A DNA stretch of 64,000 nucleotides from positions 210,864,001 to 210,928,000 of the forward strand of contig NC_058368.1 of the NCBI RefSeq assembly GCF_018350175.1. Reading direction: 5' to 3'. Positions 36,288 through 49,480 of the stretch are shown here, in pieces. Under the pieces are notes generated by a model. The model was not told the origin of the DNA. It worked only from the letters and a program-made list of their open reading frames with translations, and searched no databases. The DNA comes from Felis catus (taxonomy: Eukaryota). Numbering within the stretch: the stretch's first letter is position 1; every line of letters starts with the position of its first letter. A program made the position numbers and the translations under genes.

Positions 36288-38352
36288 AGGGAATTATAAA
36301 TTAATGTCAAATGACCACTATTTTGAATTTATGTAAACATAATTATTCAGCATAAGTTTACTGTAATGACAGAAAATCTACAGAGATCTATTTTGTTGCC
36401 TTCAAAATGTCTTGAGTCAAAGCACCCCTCCAGGTATCATTATAAATTATGTGACCTTAAGCTTCTTATGCTTGTGTAAGAAACAAAATCTGACAAGCAG
36501 TGTAGTACTTCTTCAAAATGTTGTTTCAGTGGGTTTAATTGTGCCTGTTGTGCTATACCTTTTCCCGTGGTATAAAGAAAATTAGGAGAGTGTGCCTGTA
36601 CCCAATATTCCAGAAGAGAGTTGGAGTCAGAATCCCAGGAGATAGAATGATTCAGGTCAGCATTAAAGAAGGTGGGAAAGCAGACTATGTTTAGGGTAAG
36701 ATTTCAGGGAGGGAAATAAATGCAAGGGAGTTATTCTGGACCTGGAGGGAACTTCACGGACCTAACAACAGAATTGTCATTGGGGATTCCTGACACATTA
36801 GAGCCAGCCAAAGAAACATTGATGGATTTTAAGGCAAATTTAGGTCAAATATTTTGACAGTTTTTACAGTGCTGAAATAAATGGAGTATTACTAGATAGC
36901 ATGATAAGTAGATTCTAAGCAATGAGTTTGGGTTTTTCCTCTCATACCCCACTGACAAAAGGTGGGACGGACCAAGAGTTTATTCACTCAGCAAATTTGG
37001 GTAAGGAAATCATTACCCAATAGCCCAGCTTGAGTCAAGTGCCCATCCCTGAATCAGTCAATGGTAATCAGAAAAAAGAGGATCACGATGTACGAAGTTG
37101 GCTTTGATCATAACAATGAGGATAAAGGGAGGGGAGGGGTTTATTCTATATGTTGCCAAGAAGGCAGATCCACAGGTGTCCAATATAGCACATGTGATGA
37201 TTTTTTCAGATGTCCAGATGACTGCATTTTTCTATCAGTTCTCTATCATCTTCATAAAACTAGCTCTGTGCAAATGACCTATTAAATACTCAGAAAGTGT
37301 TGAGTGAATTAATGAATGACTTCTTCACCTTTTCCTGTGCCTACTTCATAATCGAATTTCAAAGATAATATGAATACCCTTCATCTGGACCTGCATTTGT
37401 AGTGGAATTCTCATAGCATTTTATCTTCTCTCTATCCTTTCCTTCCCTCAATGATCTCATCTATTTCTATGACCATAGAAATATATATTATATGTATAAT
37501 TCCTGAATGTATATCTGTAGCAGAGATCTCACCCCTGAACATAAAAACATGATGAAAAACATTTGAACAAGGGGAGTGAACGATTTGAGGAAGAAGATTG
37601 GAAAGGGGCAAAGTTCTGGGAAAGAACACTATTTGGGGCTCCTTATACCCATTGGTGGTGGTCTCCGGATCACTGCACTGTGAAGGATTGTGATCTTGCA
37701 TCCAGACTCTGAAGGAAAGGATGCCTGTTGTAGGGGGGAGGGCGAGGGATTAAGATCACTTGTACTGCATGTTTCAGCCACTCAGTAGTTACCTCCAATG
37801 AATAGCTGTATGGGGGGAGATAAGCCAGCAAAGGAGGCTGAAATAGAATAATTAAGTAGGAAGAGAATTAAGATAGAGTCAAGTCAAGGAAAAAGGCAAA
37901 AAGGAAAACTAATATAAAACTGCTAAAGGTGATCAAATATTATAAGGTCAAAAGAGATGTCTCTTTGTATGAGCAAATAAGTCATTGAGAATAGCTGTTC
38001 TAGTACAGTACAGTGTTGATTGTGCAAACCTAACACAAGTGGATTGAAAAGTAGATGGAAGATGAGAAAATGTGCGCAATAGTCATAATCTACTCAAGAA
38101 TCTGCCTATGTATGAGAAGGGGAGTTGGTCACTAGACTGGGCTGCGAAGTTGAAAGAAAGTTGTATTTTTTTAACAGGACAGAAGTGAGCATGTTTGAAG
38201 CTTGTGCAGGAACAAGGGTTCAGTGGCTCAAACAGTGCAGGGAAATGTACTAGCATTTTATAAGCATTGTTTGTAATAGCAAAAAACCAAACAACCAAGA
38301 ACAGAAATGACTTAAATACCCATCAATAAAAAAAAGATAAATGATGCACAAT

Positions 38353-38354
<2 letters not shown>

Positions 38355-38392
<38 letters not shown>
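38355..38392. repeat. (CA)n microsatellite
   Basis: Direct reading. Confidence 0.95.
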
Positions 38393-38393
<1 letters not shown>

Positions 38394-38499
38394 TTAATAT
38401 TGCATTTCTAGCACCTATAATGGTATTCTATATTTATTATAGTATTCTATAATTATGAAAAAATATTAAAAATTAATATTTACTAATCTAAATAATAAT

Positions 38500-38617
38500 A
38501 TCTGTCTCTGCCTGTTAGAAAAGGAATTTTTGTCTGTTTTGTTCACTGTGACATCCCTAGTACCAAGAACAATACCTGGCATATAGTAGGTGCCCAACAA
38601 ATATCTGTTAAATGATT
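38500..38617 (+). mobile_element. L2 3' end
   Basis: TTTTGTCTGTTTTGTTCACTG...CCTGGCATATAGTAGGTGCCCAACAAATATCTGTTAAATGA. Confidence 0.8.
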
Positions 38618-38908
38618 AGTATAAAGATGAACAAACCAGAGCTCCATAGATGAATGAATATGGATGAATTACACAAATATAATTCTGAATGAAAAGAATA
38701 ACTTTCAAAAGAAATATATAATTGATGCCATTTTTATAAAAGTTAAACTTTTGGAAAAAAGTTAAACTTTTGCACAGGGGTAGCATATACTGTTTTGGAA
38801 TATATACATATACCCCAAATATGTATATACAGATACACACATATACAAATGTTAATGGGTATACAAGCATATACATCTGTGTTATATGCATAAATATGTA
38901 TGTATATA

Positions 38909-39559
38909 CAATCAATTTTCATTATTTATAGTACTTGTGTTCTCTAAGATACCATGAACACTGAATTAGCAAATCTTGAACCATCGTTCCCAGGGAACCT
39001 TCAGGGTTCAGTTCTTGTGATGCTCTGGCCACATTTTTGTCAACTGGTCAGTACATACCCTTGTTTTATGTATGTTTTCATTTAAAGGCACCTTATTTAT
39101 TACATATTACTGATTCATTAACATTGAACTCATGGCCAACAGAACTATAGCTCATGCCTGAACAAAGCTTATCACCATAGGTGTTTTCTCTGTAAGTCAC
39201 ATCACAGCCTTCTTTCACTTAAGAACATTAGACAACATTTCAGCCCTATGCTTGGAATTTGTGGTAAACAGCTAAATCATGAAGAAAAAGCACAAAAATG
39301 CAAAAAACATAGCACTAAATATATCACAAAAAAGACTCTTCTTTATAGTGTAAGAGCTGAAATGAAAGACATAGTGTTTCCCTGCTCAACCTGAGATGGG
39401 AACATAGGGGGTCAAAGGCTCAAAATTGATCCTGTTCTCTGCATATCCAGGAATGATTATGAAAGCACTAGTAATATTAATTTGGAGTTCACAAAGAAAT
39501 TTTAGCCAGTACGTAAATTCTCAAATAGAGTGAAATCTATGAATAATGAGGATTGATTA
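38909..39559 (-). mobile_element. MER82 (TcMar-Tigger group non-autonomous DNA transposon), full length
   Basis: Inverted termini CAATCAATTTTCATTATT and AATAATGAGGATTGATTA, TA flanks, about 650 bp; internal CATTGAACTCATGGCCAACAG matches recalled MER82. Confidence 0.85.
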
Positions 39560-39813
39560 TATATTCATGTATATTGCTAATTAGTACTTTTGAATTCAGG
39601 CAAGGTGGGAGTAACCTTTAATTATGGGGAAGAGGAACAGAAGGGAATGCAGTTAGGAAAGGGCAGTGGGATATAAACAGTTATCCATTATACATGTAAA
39701 TCTTTCTTTTGCTTGTCTGAAAGAGTTTATAATAAATTTAAAAGTTATTTTATTTTTAAAATAAAAGAAAGTAAGTCAAAAATTGATAATTCTCTTAATA
39801 GAATGCAATTCTT

Positions 39814-40039
39814 TTTTTTTTTTAATTTTTTTTTTCCAACGTTTGTTTATTTTTGGGACAGAGAGAGACAGAGCATGAACGGGGGAGGAGCAGAGAGAGA
39901 AGGAGACACAGAATCGGAAACAGGATCCAGGCTCTGAGCCATCAGCCCAGAGCCCGACGCGGGGCTCGAACTCCCGGACCGCGAGATCGTGACCTGGCTG
40001 AAGTTGGACGCTTAACCGACTGCGCCACCCAGGCGCCCC
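39814..40039 (-). mobile_element. Young felid Can-SINE (SINEC_Fc-type)
   Basis: Perfect TSD TAGAATGCAATTCTT at 39799-39813 and 40040-40054; CpG-rich. Confidence 0.96.
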
Positions 40040-40684
40040 TAGAATGCAATTCTTAATAGATGCACTTCCCACCCAGAATCTTACTTTCTAGAAGAGATCA
40101 TGTTCGGCTCAGCTTCTTCTTTTAGAATTTTACCTCATTTATAAAAACAAGATACCCAGTTCTTGATCCTATATAGAATTTAGAACTGTACACAATGAAT
40201 GCATCACCAAATCCAGGGTGTAGATGCACCTTCAGAGAAATGGAGGCCATTACCAATGTAGAGTTTTGCTTGGGTTCCTCACCAGTTAAATTTCAGACCA
40301 TTGTTAGCCCTGGGAATCTAAACTGATTGGCATACGCAACAAACTTCTTACCATATTTCAAATATTGGGCCACGTGCAGGAGTGAGAAGAAAGGGTCCTG
40401 CAGATCTGATGGTGGCGGGAAGCCTGGAAAGCAGGATGATGTTTGAGAGACACAAAAGGAAGTCAGACCACGATGATGATGATAAAGATGGTAACAATGA
40501 AATACGTCTGAAAAGGTGGCCTATTGCCCATATTACCAAAATATGCTCTATAGATTTTGTCTGTCTCCACCCATCTAATGAAAACATGGGTATGTGCATT
40601 GTGTTTCATTAACATCTGCCATGTAGTAGCACTTAATAAATATTTGTTGAATTAACAAGTGAATGAATACAAGGTTGATGGCAG

Positions 40685-40908
40685 GTGGAAAACAAACTGT
40701 AAGAGACTCTTAAATACAGAGAACAGACTGAGGGTTGTCGGTGGGATATTGGGTGGGAGAATGGACGAAATGGGTGATGGGCATGAACGAGGGCACGTGT
40801 TGGCATGAGCACTGGGTGTTATATGTAAGTGATGAATTACTAAATTCTATTCCTGAAATCATTATTACACTATGTTAACTTTGATTTAAATTAAAAACAA
40901 ATTAAAAA
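40685..40908 (+). mobile_element. Carnivore L1 3'UTR fragment
   Basis: AAGAGACTCTTAAATACAGAGAACAGACTGAGGGTTG...ATGAGCACTGGGTGTTATATGTAAGTGATGAAT. Confidence 0.88.
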
Positions 40909-41353
40909 TCCCTTCATGTTTAAATTGAAAATATTTCCCATCCAGATTGGAGAGCTAAAGGAGAGTGAAATGTGTGCTTCCAGCACCTTCACATCACCAA
41001 GGTGTCAGTGGAAATCTGGGGGTCTAGGCCAACAGCATGGAAGGAAGTTACAGTCAGAAGAACCCATTTTCAAAAGTACATACTGATAAGAATTCACTTA
41101 AAATAACAGGGTGGAGAGGCTTCCTTTAGGGAAAACAGGGGAATTCTTTGGGGTACCAGAATTATCTCCCCTTAAGAGTCCATTGGTTTTGGTTTTGGTT
41201 TTTTTTTTTCCTTTTCTTTGACTTCCCCACACACTTTGGCTAATATTTTCACACCTGATACATTTTTAATTATTTACAGAAGGACCTAATACTGAGAGAC
41301 TGGCAGAGCTGATCCTGCCTGTTTCATTAGTATGTTACTTTTATGTGTGTTTT

Positions 41354-41571
41354 AAAAAAATTTTTTTTAATGTTTATTTATTTTTGAGACAGAGACAGAC
41401 AGAGCATGAATGGGGGAGGGTCAGAGAGAGAGGGAGACACAGAATCCGAAGCAGGCTCCAGGCTCTGAGCTGTCAGTACAGAGCCCGACACGGGGCTCGA
41501 AGCCACGAGCTGTGAGATCATGACCTGAGCCGAAGTCGGAGGCTCAACTGACTGAGCCACCCAGGCGCCCC
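41354..41571 (-). mobile_element. Can-SINE
   Basis: Reverse consensus; approximate TSD ACTTT(T/C)ATGTGT. Confidence 0.94.
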
Positions 41572-41849
41572 AACTTTCATGTGTTTTATGTGTTACAGCC
41601 TGGGAGTTCTCACCATATTTTGCTAGTTTACTTATCTGCCATCATTCATCACCAACATTTGAATTAGCAAATATATTCTTGTGTTTAGTGTTGCTTTTTA
41701 GGTCTTCTTCATCTGTCTTAATTTTGAATAGCAAATGCATTATAGTGCTTTATTCTTTTGGTTCTAGTCCATTGACAACAAAACTATAAAGACCCATCAT
41801 TCCTTGTTCTTGTTTTCATTATGGTCAAAATTTCATTATTTCATAACAG

Positions 41850-42040
41850 GCCATAGTATATTGTAGAAAGAGTAGAGGTTAGAAGCCCTGATTTGTATCC
41901 ATTTTCTGCAATTTACTAGCTCTATGAGTTTAAGGTAATCATTCAAACCCCCTGTGGCTTAGTTTCTTTATCCATCCAGTGAGGATAATAATTCTATTCT
42001 TATAGGATTGTTGTCAAACCAACTGAAATGAAAGGCCTTT
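41850..42040 (+). mobile_element. MIR SINE
   Basis: TTTACTAGCTCTATGAGTTTAAGG...CTTAGTTTCTTTATCC...GGATAATAAT...ATAGGATTGTTG. Confidence 0.65.
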
Positions 42041-42917
42041 AATGTCTTCTAGACGCACAAAGCACTTTATCCATTTAAAACACTATTGCCAGAGGCATCT
42101 TTCCAATCAGGTTTCCCTAGTCACTGATTTAGGTGTGCTGGCCCCAAATAGCTACTGTTCCTGACAGACAGAACCATAGCCATCCCCCTTGGTACAACTC
42201 AATTATTAAATCATTCTAAAAATATATATATTGAGCACATACTGTATGCCTGACACTTTTTGAGGAGTTGCTAATACAATGGTCAATGATACAGACAAAG
42301 TCTTTACTTTCATGAGCTTATATTCAAGTCAGCATAAGATCATAGGAAAAGGATAGTCAAATAAAAACTTATATGTCCAGGTATATTTATATTTATATTC
42401 ATAACACAGAAGAGATGGTATGTCTTCAATGTTGCAAATTATACATAAAAATAGGCATCCCCCCAAAAAAAACCTCCCATTCTTACTATGTATGTGCATA
42501 TGTTAAAAATTTATGAGTGTTCATAAGACAAAGGTGATATTTAGGGTGGAGATAGAAGAATGAATGCTCACTCTCTGAGGCAGGGCCATGCCCTAGTAGG
42601 TGCCTTCATTAACAACCTATAGGAAGGTCATTCTCTCATCTGTTATAGCCACCTTCTCTCCATCCTGACACCTCTCTGTCATCTTTTTTTTTTTTTGTAG
42701 GAGAAAACATTTAGCCTCTGACCCATGAAAGACTTTTTCCTCCACAATGTCCACCTCCCAACTAAACTAAAAACTGTGTCATATGATAAACGTCTCCCCT
42801 GCCCTTCATCCTAACCTAGAGACTGTATACCTGCCCCCAAATCATCCACTTTGAATTTATTTAATCCTTTTGGTAGAAAGTAAAGGCTAACTCCTGCTTG
42901 ATCCTTCTAATGTGCCA

Positions 42918-43112
42918 CAGTGGTAGAGAGCTCAGACCCCAAACATACTTCTCAGTGGCTGTGTAAGTTTGGGCAAGAGACTTCGCTCTTTTGTGCCTCA
43001 CTTTCGTCTGAAAGATGAGATAACAAAATTTTTCATCTCACAGTGTTTTTTTAAGAGTTAAATGAGATAATACATGTAATGTACTATCTACTACAGAATG
43101 ATCACTCAATAT
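42918..43112 (+). mobile_element. MIR SINE
   Basis: GCTGTGTAAGTTTGGGCAAG..TGTGCCTCACTTTCGTCTGAAAGATG..TTAAATGAGATAATACATGTAA. Confidence 0.75.
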
Positions 43113-43132
43113 TATATAAAAGTATTTTTTCT

Positions 43133-43337
43133 GGGGGTGCCTGGGTGGCTCAGTTGGTTAAGCATCTGATTTAGGCTTAGGTTATGATTTCACAGTTCAT
43201 GAGTTCAAGCCCCGCATCGGGCTCTGTGCTGAGAGCTCAGAGCCAGGAGCCTGCTTTGGATTCTGTGTCTCCCTCTCCCTCTGCCCCTCCCCCACTCACA
43301 CTCTGTCCTCTCAAAAATAAATAAACATTAAAAAAAT
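43133..43337 (+). mobile_element. Can-SINE
   Basis: Full head, CT tract, CAAAAATAAATAAACATTAAAAAAA tail. Confidence 0.95.
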
Positions 43338-45007
43338 TGTCTTTAATTACTATTTCTTGACAGGGTATTTACTCTTGGTGTTACCATAATCTTCTGATAG
43401 AGAGCCTAGTGGCTTTGAGAAAATGAATAAAGGTTTATTGGGTAACTATAAAGTCAGAGTCAATAATTATTTTAATAGTAGGAAGCTATATAATAGGTTC
43501 AATGTTTTGAACCCTGATATCTATGACCCCAGAGAATTTAATTTCTCTGAGGGGGGGTCATTTATTTGCTCACCAATAACACAAAAGGATTAGCTTCAAG
43601 GTACATCTCAAGTTGTAAAAATGATCTGAGAAGGAATAATTACAGGAAAAAAATTTGTAGTGAGGATTTACAATTAAAGTAATGAAACATGAATAAAAAT
43701 CAACGGGAAAGGTTTTGAGTTGATGTGGACAGGAGGAACAGAGAGGGGTAGCTCTTGAGTCGCATTAATTGACAGAAACTCATGACATAAACAGAAAAGG
43801 TAGTTTGAAAGGCTTCTGGGTCATGGGAACCATGAAGGATAGAACAATTAGCGCTAAGTGCCAATTTCCTGGATTGTTGAGTGGATGAAACTACAATTAA
43901 TTTTAAAGGGTTTTGAACAAGATAAAATTGCTTTAAAATGTGAGGCCATTTAATAATAAGCAGATAAGTTCTTTCAATAATGGATACTTACGGCTGAAAA
44001 CAGGATCTTGTGTGCATTCCATCAGCGTCCTATTGGTTTTGGTTGATATAAAGTATGAAGTATATATTCAGTCATTCTTTGCTTACTCTAAATTTAGTAT
44101 CCAAAGTAACTTATTTTGCTTGAATATTCTTCTGCCTCTTCTTTTAAACAGAATTTTTGACTCTTGCTGTTAGAGAATTAAACGTTTTTCAATACAACTA
44201 GCGTATGATTGCTCCTTACTTTCATGTCATTCTACAGATTTAGGAACAGTTGGAGTGTATTATACTTGAAATAAATCTCCATAATGGTACAAAGAAGAAG
44301 CCGGAAAAGTCAATGAAGATAATTGCCACAGAACACTGAAAAGTCCAAGATGAAAAAAATTTGATCACTACTTTGATAGTTGCACATTTTATAAGTCATT
44401 CAATATCAGCCTCATGTTTCTGTCTTAAAATAGCTGCAAACATTGTCAACAGTGGTGTTCGGTGAGGTTTGGTTATAACCAATGAAGATCTGAGTATGCG
44501 GTTCTTGCGAGATAAGGTTTTCTATTTGTAGGATGGCATTCTCCTCCCAGAAGTCCTATGCATGAATCTTCAGTAAACAATAATAAATTATTAAGATGTC
44601 TAAAGTTGGCTGTTGAAAATCATCCAGATATAGGGGACCGTGAAAAGAGATTTCCTCAAGATATAAGAAAAAAAATACCTGAAAAAAAAGCAAAACTCTG
44701 ATTTTGTCCAACTGTCAATTATAGTATTAGAAAATTTTTTTTATCTGTATTATGGCTTGGACCCTGCGTTATGGCTTGGATTACCCATTGTGTCCTATTT
44801 GAGTCTAACACATGTGGGATCAGACTTTGCTTTCTCCCTAAAATAAGGTCATATAGGTATGGAGGAAACCAAAATGGATTGAAAGCTTCCCATAACTTCT
44901 AAATAATTTAGAGGGAAAAATAAATCATATGACTTGAGTCCTGCTGTCAAGGAACTAAGAATCCAAACTGGGGAGAATATTAGTACAGAACTGTGCCAAA
45001 TGGTGTT

Positions 45008-45510
45008 TGCAGTAGGCAGCCTTCAAGATGGCCCCCAGGGGTCACCCTTCCTAGTGTTCACACCTTTGTATTGTCCCCTCCACATCATACCAGGGTTGAT
45101 CTTTGTTACCAACACTATATGAGAGGGTGATGGCACATCACTTCTCAGATTAGGTCATAAAAGGTAATGTTGCTTCTATCTTAGTCACTCACTCTCTCCT
45201 CCTCTGAGATAGAACAGCAGTCAGATGCCATGTTGTGAGCTGCTCTATCAAGAGGCCCACAGGTGAGACTGAAGCCTCCGGCTGAAAGCTGGCAAGGACC
45301 TGAGGCCTACAGCCAACAGCTACAAGGGTGAACTTGTGAAAGGATCCCGCAGATCGGTCAAGACTTCAGAAGACTGCAGTCTGGCTGCCGTCTTGTCTGC
45401 AACCTCCTGAGTCTCTGAGCCAGAACCACTCAGCCCTCAGAAACTGTGAGGTAGCAAATGCTTGTGGTTTTAAGCCTCTAAATTCAGAGGTAATTTCTTA
45501 CCAATATACA
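45008..45510 (+). mobile_element. MaLR LTR (MLT1F-like)
   Basis: TGCAGTAGGCAGCCTTCAAGATGGCCCCCA start; CCCTCAGAAACTGTGAG...TTTTAAGCCTCTAAATT. Confidence 0.85.
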
Positions 45511-46449
45511 TCTCATGCAGTGTTCTTCAGACTAAAACTGCTCTTGGAATTAGGAAAAGATGGAGGTTGGTGAGGCCTCCGCTCATGTGGATAAGCAGAG
45601 TGGAGAAAGCGTGGCAATGGCACAGGCATTTCAAATATGGAGACCAGATCTCCCTCCTGCCTCTCCACCCCAGCCCGGTGCTTTCCTCTCTTCAGCAAAG
45701 TCAGTTACTGTTTCCTGTGCATCTTTCTGGTGTATTCTGAGCCTTTCTGATGTTGACTTGAACATCCTTGATCCACATAAATACTAAGAATTTTTCTTTA
45801 ATATATACGGAGAAGAGAAGCATGTAAACTGGTGAAAATTTTGTATTATGTTTTGAACCCATCCGCAAAGTGGGTTTGTTTACCAATCCTAATGTTTAAT
45901 ATCTATGGTCCGAACTTCCTTTTTATTCTGTTTTTCTATTTTGCTCAAGTCTGTAGAACAGACTCTTTAAAGTTGCATCTGGACTTGGGACTATTTGAAG
46001 ATCACTTGAATAGTAAACTATTCTAAATGATCACTTTCATTTATGTAGCAGACTCGTTCCCGACAGTCAGTGTTTCCTTTCTTTCTAGAGATATTTAGCT
46101 TTCGTTAATAATTTATTATCAGTTTTTAACAAATGTTCAGTTGGTGTTCATTAGAAATTCATTATTTGTTTTAACAGTGTGCTCGGCTCAGGGTCCTTGA
46201 ATATTAAATTTACAGCCTTTTAGAATTGTGAAGAATTCTTGTTCTACATGAAATTCACATGTTAATTATAAGGGTTTTATTCTTGCTTGTGAGCGTCACA
46301 AGTTCCCAGAATTTTCCAAACACAGGCTGTCCATGAAGTGATACTTTCCTTCTTAGGAACTTCTTCGCGCTACATGGAAACTTTTGGAATCATGTTGCCT
46401 ACATTCTGCTTCTTTTTTGAGTTAACTTAAAAATGTAAATGACTATCAG

Positions 46450-46580
46450 GGGGCGCCTGGGTGTCTCAGTCTGTTAAGCGTTCTGGCTTCGGCTCAGGTC
46501 ATGATCTCACGACCAGTGAGCTCAAGCCCCGTATCGGACTATGTGCTGACAGCTCAGGGCCTGGAGCCTGCTTGAGATTC

Positions 46581-46612
<32 letters not shown>

Positions 46613-46659
46613 CCCCACTCACACTCTGTCTCTGTCTCTCAAAAATGAATAAACATTAA
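46450..46659 (+). mobile_element. Can-SINE with internal (TG)n
   Basis: TSD AAAAATGTAAAT(G/A)ACTATCAG at 46429-46449 and 46660-46680. Confidence 0.95.
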
Positions 46660-46975
46660 AAAAATGTAAATAACTATCAGAATTAACACTTGAAGATTCA
46701 ATGAAAATTTATCTCAGTCTGAGGTACACGAAAGAGAATTTCTTTGTTTTCACTTACTAACAAATTTTTCTTTCAAATGTAGCATTTCTATATCACTGTT
46801 TCCATAGTTATGGGTTATGTCTTCCTCATAACCGCAGGTTACATTTTAGCATGTGCTTCACCACATTTTAAACATGACTGCAAATTTTATTTACTTTTAA
46901 CCCCAGACCACAAAATATATTCACATATCTCATACACACACACATACACACATGCACACAATGATGAACATATTC

Positions 46976-47178
46976 CTTTTTGTGTGGTTGTTTATTTATT
47001 ATTGAGAGACAGAGAGAGACAGAGCATGAGTAGGGAAGGGGCAGAGAGAGGAGGAGACACAGAATCCAAAGCAGGCTCCAGGCTCTGAGCTGTCAGCACG
47101 GGGCTCGAGCTCACGAACCGTGAGATCATGACCTGAGCTGAAGTTGGACGCTTAACCAACTGAGCCACCTGGGTGCCC
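46976..47178 (-). mobile_element. Can-SINE
   Basis: TSD CAATGATGAACATATTC at 46959-46975 and 47179-47195. Confidence 0.95.
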
Positions 47179-47805
47179 CAATGATGAACATATTCTAAAA
47201 GCTATAGCAGTCATGTTGCTTTGTCTGATCGATTGAGTACACTTGTTTTATTTTTATTTTTCATTTCTGGCTTGAGCTAATGTATTTCTGGAACTTTTTT
47301 TCTTGCTTTTGTTCATGTTTAACATGGCTTTGCAGAATATGTCATAGGTGATACAATTCACATTTTCTCCAGCTTACCCTCATTTCCTTTGTGATAGTGC
47401 AATAATAAACATTTGCCCCTGGAGTCTACTAACATCCTCCATCCAAACTTAACTGATTTTATTTTTTGTTGCTTGGCTCCTGCTCTGTGAGGCCAACCCC
47501 GAAAATCTACTGTGTATGATTTTCCAGCTTTTTCAATTTCATTTCATTTGTGTCAACATTCACCACTCTTCAATTTCAGTCCATCTATCTACTAACGCAC
47601 AATGCAAGTCTATCTTCCTCCGTGAAAACTTCCTAACTGAAACACATGATGGGGTTTGATAAATTAATATCTAAAAAAAACAACAAACAGTAAGAAAAAG
47701 CTAATCTTCTAATAGGGAAATATTACATCGGTACAAACCCATAGAAACAGACCCTGTTCCTGGATTCTTGAATAAAGACGGCATTGATTGAGAGAAGACC
47801 CACAG

Positions 47806-48195
47806 AGTAGTAGCTCTCCAAGTTTAGCATGCTTAAGATAATACCACCTAGCGGGGTGCCTGGGTGGCGCAGTCGGTTAAGCGTCCGATTTCAGCCAGGT
47901 CACGATCTCGCGGTCAGTGAGTTCAAGACCCGCGTCAGGCTCTGGGCTGAATGGCTCGGAGCCTGGAGCCTGTTTCCGATTCTGTGTCTCCCTCTCTCTC
48001 TGCCCCTCCCCTGTTCATGCTCTGTCTCTCTCTGTCCCAAAAATAAATTAAAACGTTGAAAAAAAAATTAAAAAAAAAAAGAAAATACCACCTAGGATGT
48101 TTGTAAGGGTTATGAGTTGTGGGCCCCAACCCCCAGAGAATCTGGTAAGTGTGAGGTCTGGTAAGTGTGAGGTGGGACCCAGGAATCTGCACCCT
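47806..48195. mobile_element. MER5A-like hAT relic interrupted by a SINE
   Basis: AGTAGCTCTCCAAGTTTAGCATGC...CACCTAG; TGGGCCCCAACCCCCAGAGAATCTG; GGGACCCAGGAATCTGCA. Confidence 0.65.
47852..48083 (+). mobile_element. Young felid Can-SINE (SINEC_Fc-type)
   Basis: GGTGGCGCAGTCGG head, TGTCCCAAAAATAAA; TSD AATACCACCTAG at 47840-47851 and 48084-48095. Confidence 0.95.
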
Positions 48196-48529
48196 TCAAG
48201 ACGTCTATGAAATCAGGTTTAATCTCATGCTTTTCGGAAGATTTCAATAAGAACACAGAAAGCTCATACCAGATCCATATGTGTATGTTCATAGTACTGA
48301 AAGAAGGAGGAAGATGAATTAAGTGTTTATTATGCACAAGAAATTATCATCCCTCTTCCAGATTTTCTTGAAGATTCTTTAGAGAAGGTGTTATTAAAAG
48401 AACCATTTAAGTAATCCAGGAAAAAACGATTTATGGGAAATTGTCTTACAAAGAGTGTAAGGAAACTATTTGAACTTGCTTTGAAACCTAAAAAGACAGA
48501 AACATCTAAAGGACTCTAGGCATTTAAAA

Positions 48530-48765
48530 AGAATTTTTTTTAATGTTTATTTTTGAGAGAAAGAGAGAGGGAGACAGAGCGTGAGTGGGGGAGGGGCAGA
48601 GAGAAAAAGAGAGTGAGAGAGAGAGAGAGATACACAGAATCCGAAGCAGGCTGCAGGCTCCGAGGCATCAGCACAGAGCCCGATGCGGGGCTCCAACTCA
48701 TGAGCTATGAGATCATGACCTGAGCCAAAGTCAGACACTCGATAGACTGAGCCACCCAGGTGCCC
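48530..48765 (-). mobile_element. Can-SINE
   Basis: Reverse consensus with extended GA tract; short flanking GGCATTT. Confidence 0.94.
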
Positions 48766-49310
48766 TGGCATTTTTGACAAAGTAGAAAACTTAGAAAAAA
48801 CTAAGATGGAAACTAATTTAAACCTTACAAGATCCATTAATTCTAATGATTCTGCTGCTTAATTAGAAATGTATGTACATACAGTTGGCTCCTATTTAAT
48901 ATATAAAGGTGTTTGAATTAGGCCTTCACCTATAGAGCAACAATTCTCCTTCCTGACTGCACAACAGAATTATCTGGTAGCTTTAATAAATATTTATATC
49001 TGCGTCCCACCCCCTCATATTGGGTTTTAATTAGTCTTGGGCATGGCCTGTGCATCAGAATTGCTAAAAACTTTTGGATTATTTTCATATTAATTAGGCT
49101 AATAACTACTATTCTAGTGAATCTGGCAAGTACTTCCCTGTATGAAATTAAGCTATCTGAGGTAGGCTGATTAACTGGGGCAAGGCACACACGGTAAACA
49201 GTGCTTTGCAGTTCATCATTGGCTAAAAGGTCTAAACTCTGTACTTGTTATCAGAGAAGGCAGTTAGATGCAAGTTGGGTTTCCTTAACAAAATATAAAG
49301 ATGAGTCTTC

Positions 49311-49388
49311 ATTTGTATTTGGATAGTATTTGTATTTGGATAGTATTTGTATTTGGATAGTATTTGTATTTGTATTTGGATAGTATTT
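49311..49388. repeat. Minisatellite, 17-bp unit GTATTTGGATAGTATTT (about 4 copies)
   Basis: Direct reading; one copy carries an extra GTATTT. Confidence 0.92.
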
Positions 49389-49480
49389 ATTTTGCAGATT
49401 AGTCCGTACCTGGGAGTGAAACAGGCCTAAAATCAATATGAATATCTTGATTTTCACATTAACTTAGACCCTAGACCTCT

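Noticed and set aside
40382..40612. ORF containing DHDDDDK, resembling a FLAG tag or enterokinase site
   Set aside because: Arises from a short (GAT)n run; not DYKDDDDK and no vector context
48141..48172. 16-bp tandem duplication TCTGGTAAGTGTGAGG with two GTAAGT donor-like motifs
   Set aside because: Simple slippage duplication within a MER5 relic; no upstream exon evident
49311..49388. Regular repeats as a possible CRISPR-like array
   Set aside because: No unique spacers; eukaryotic tandem repeat
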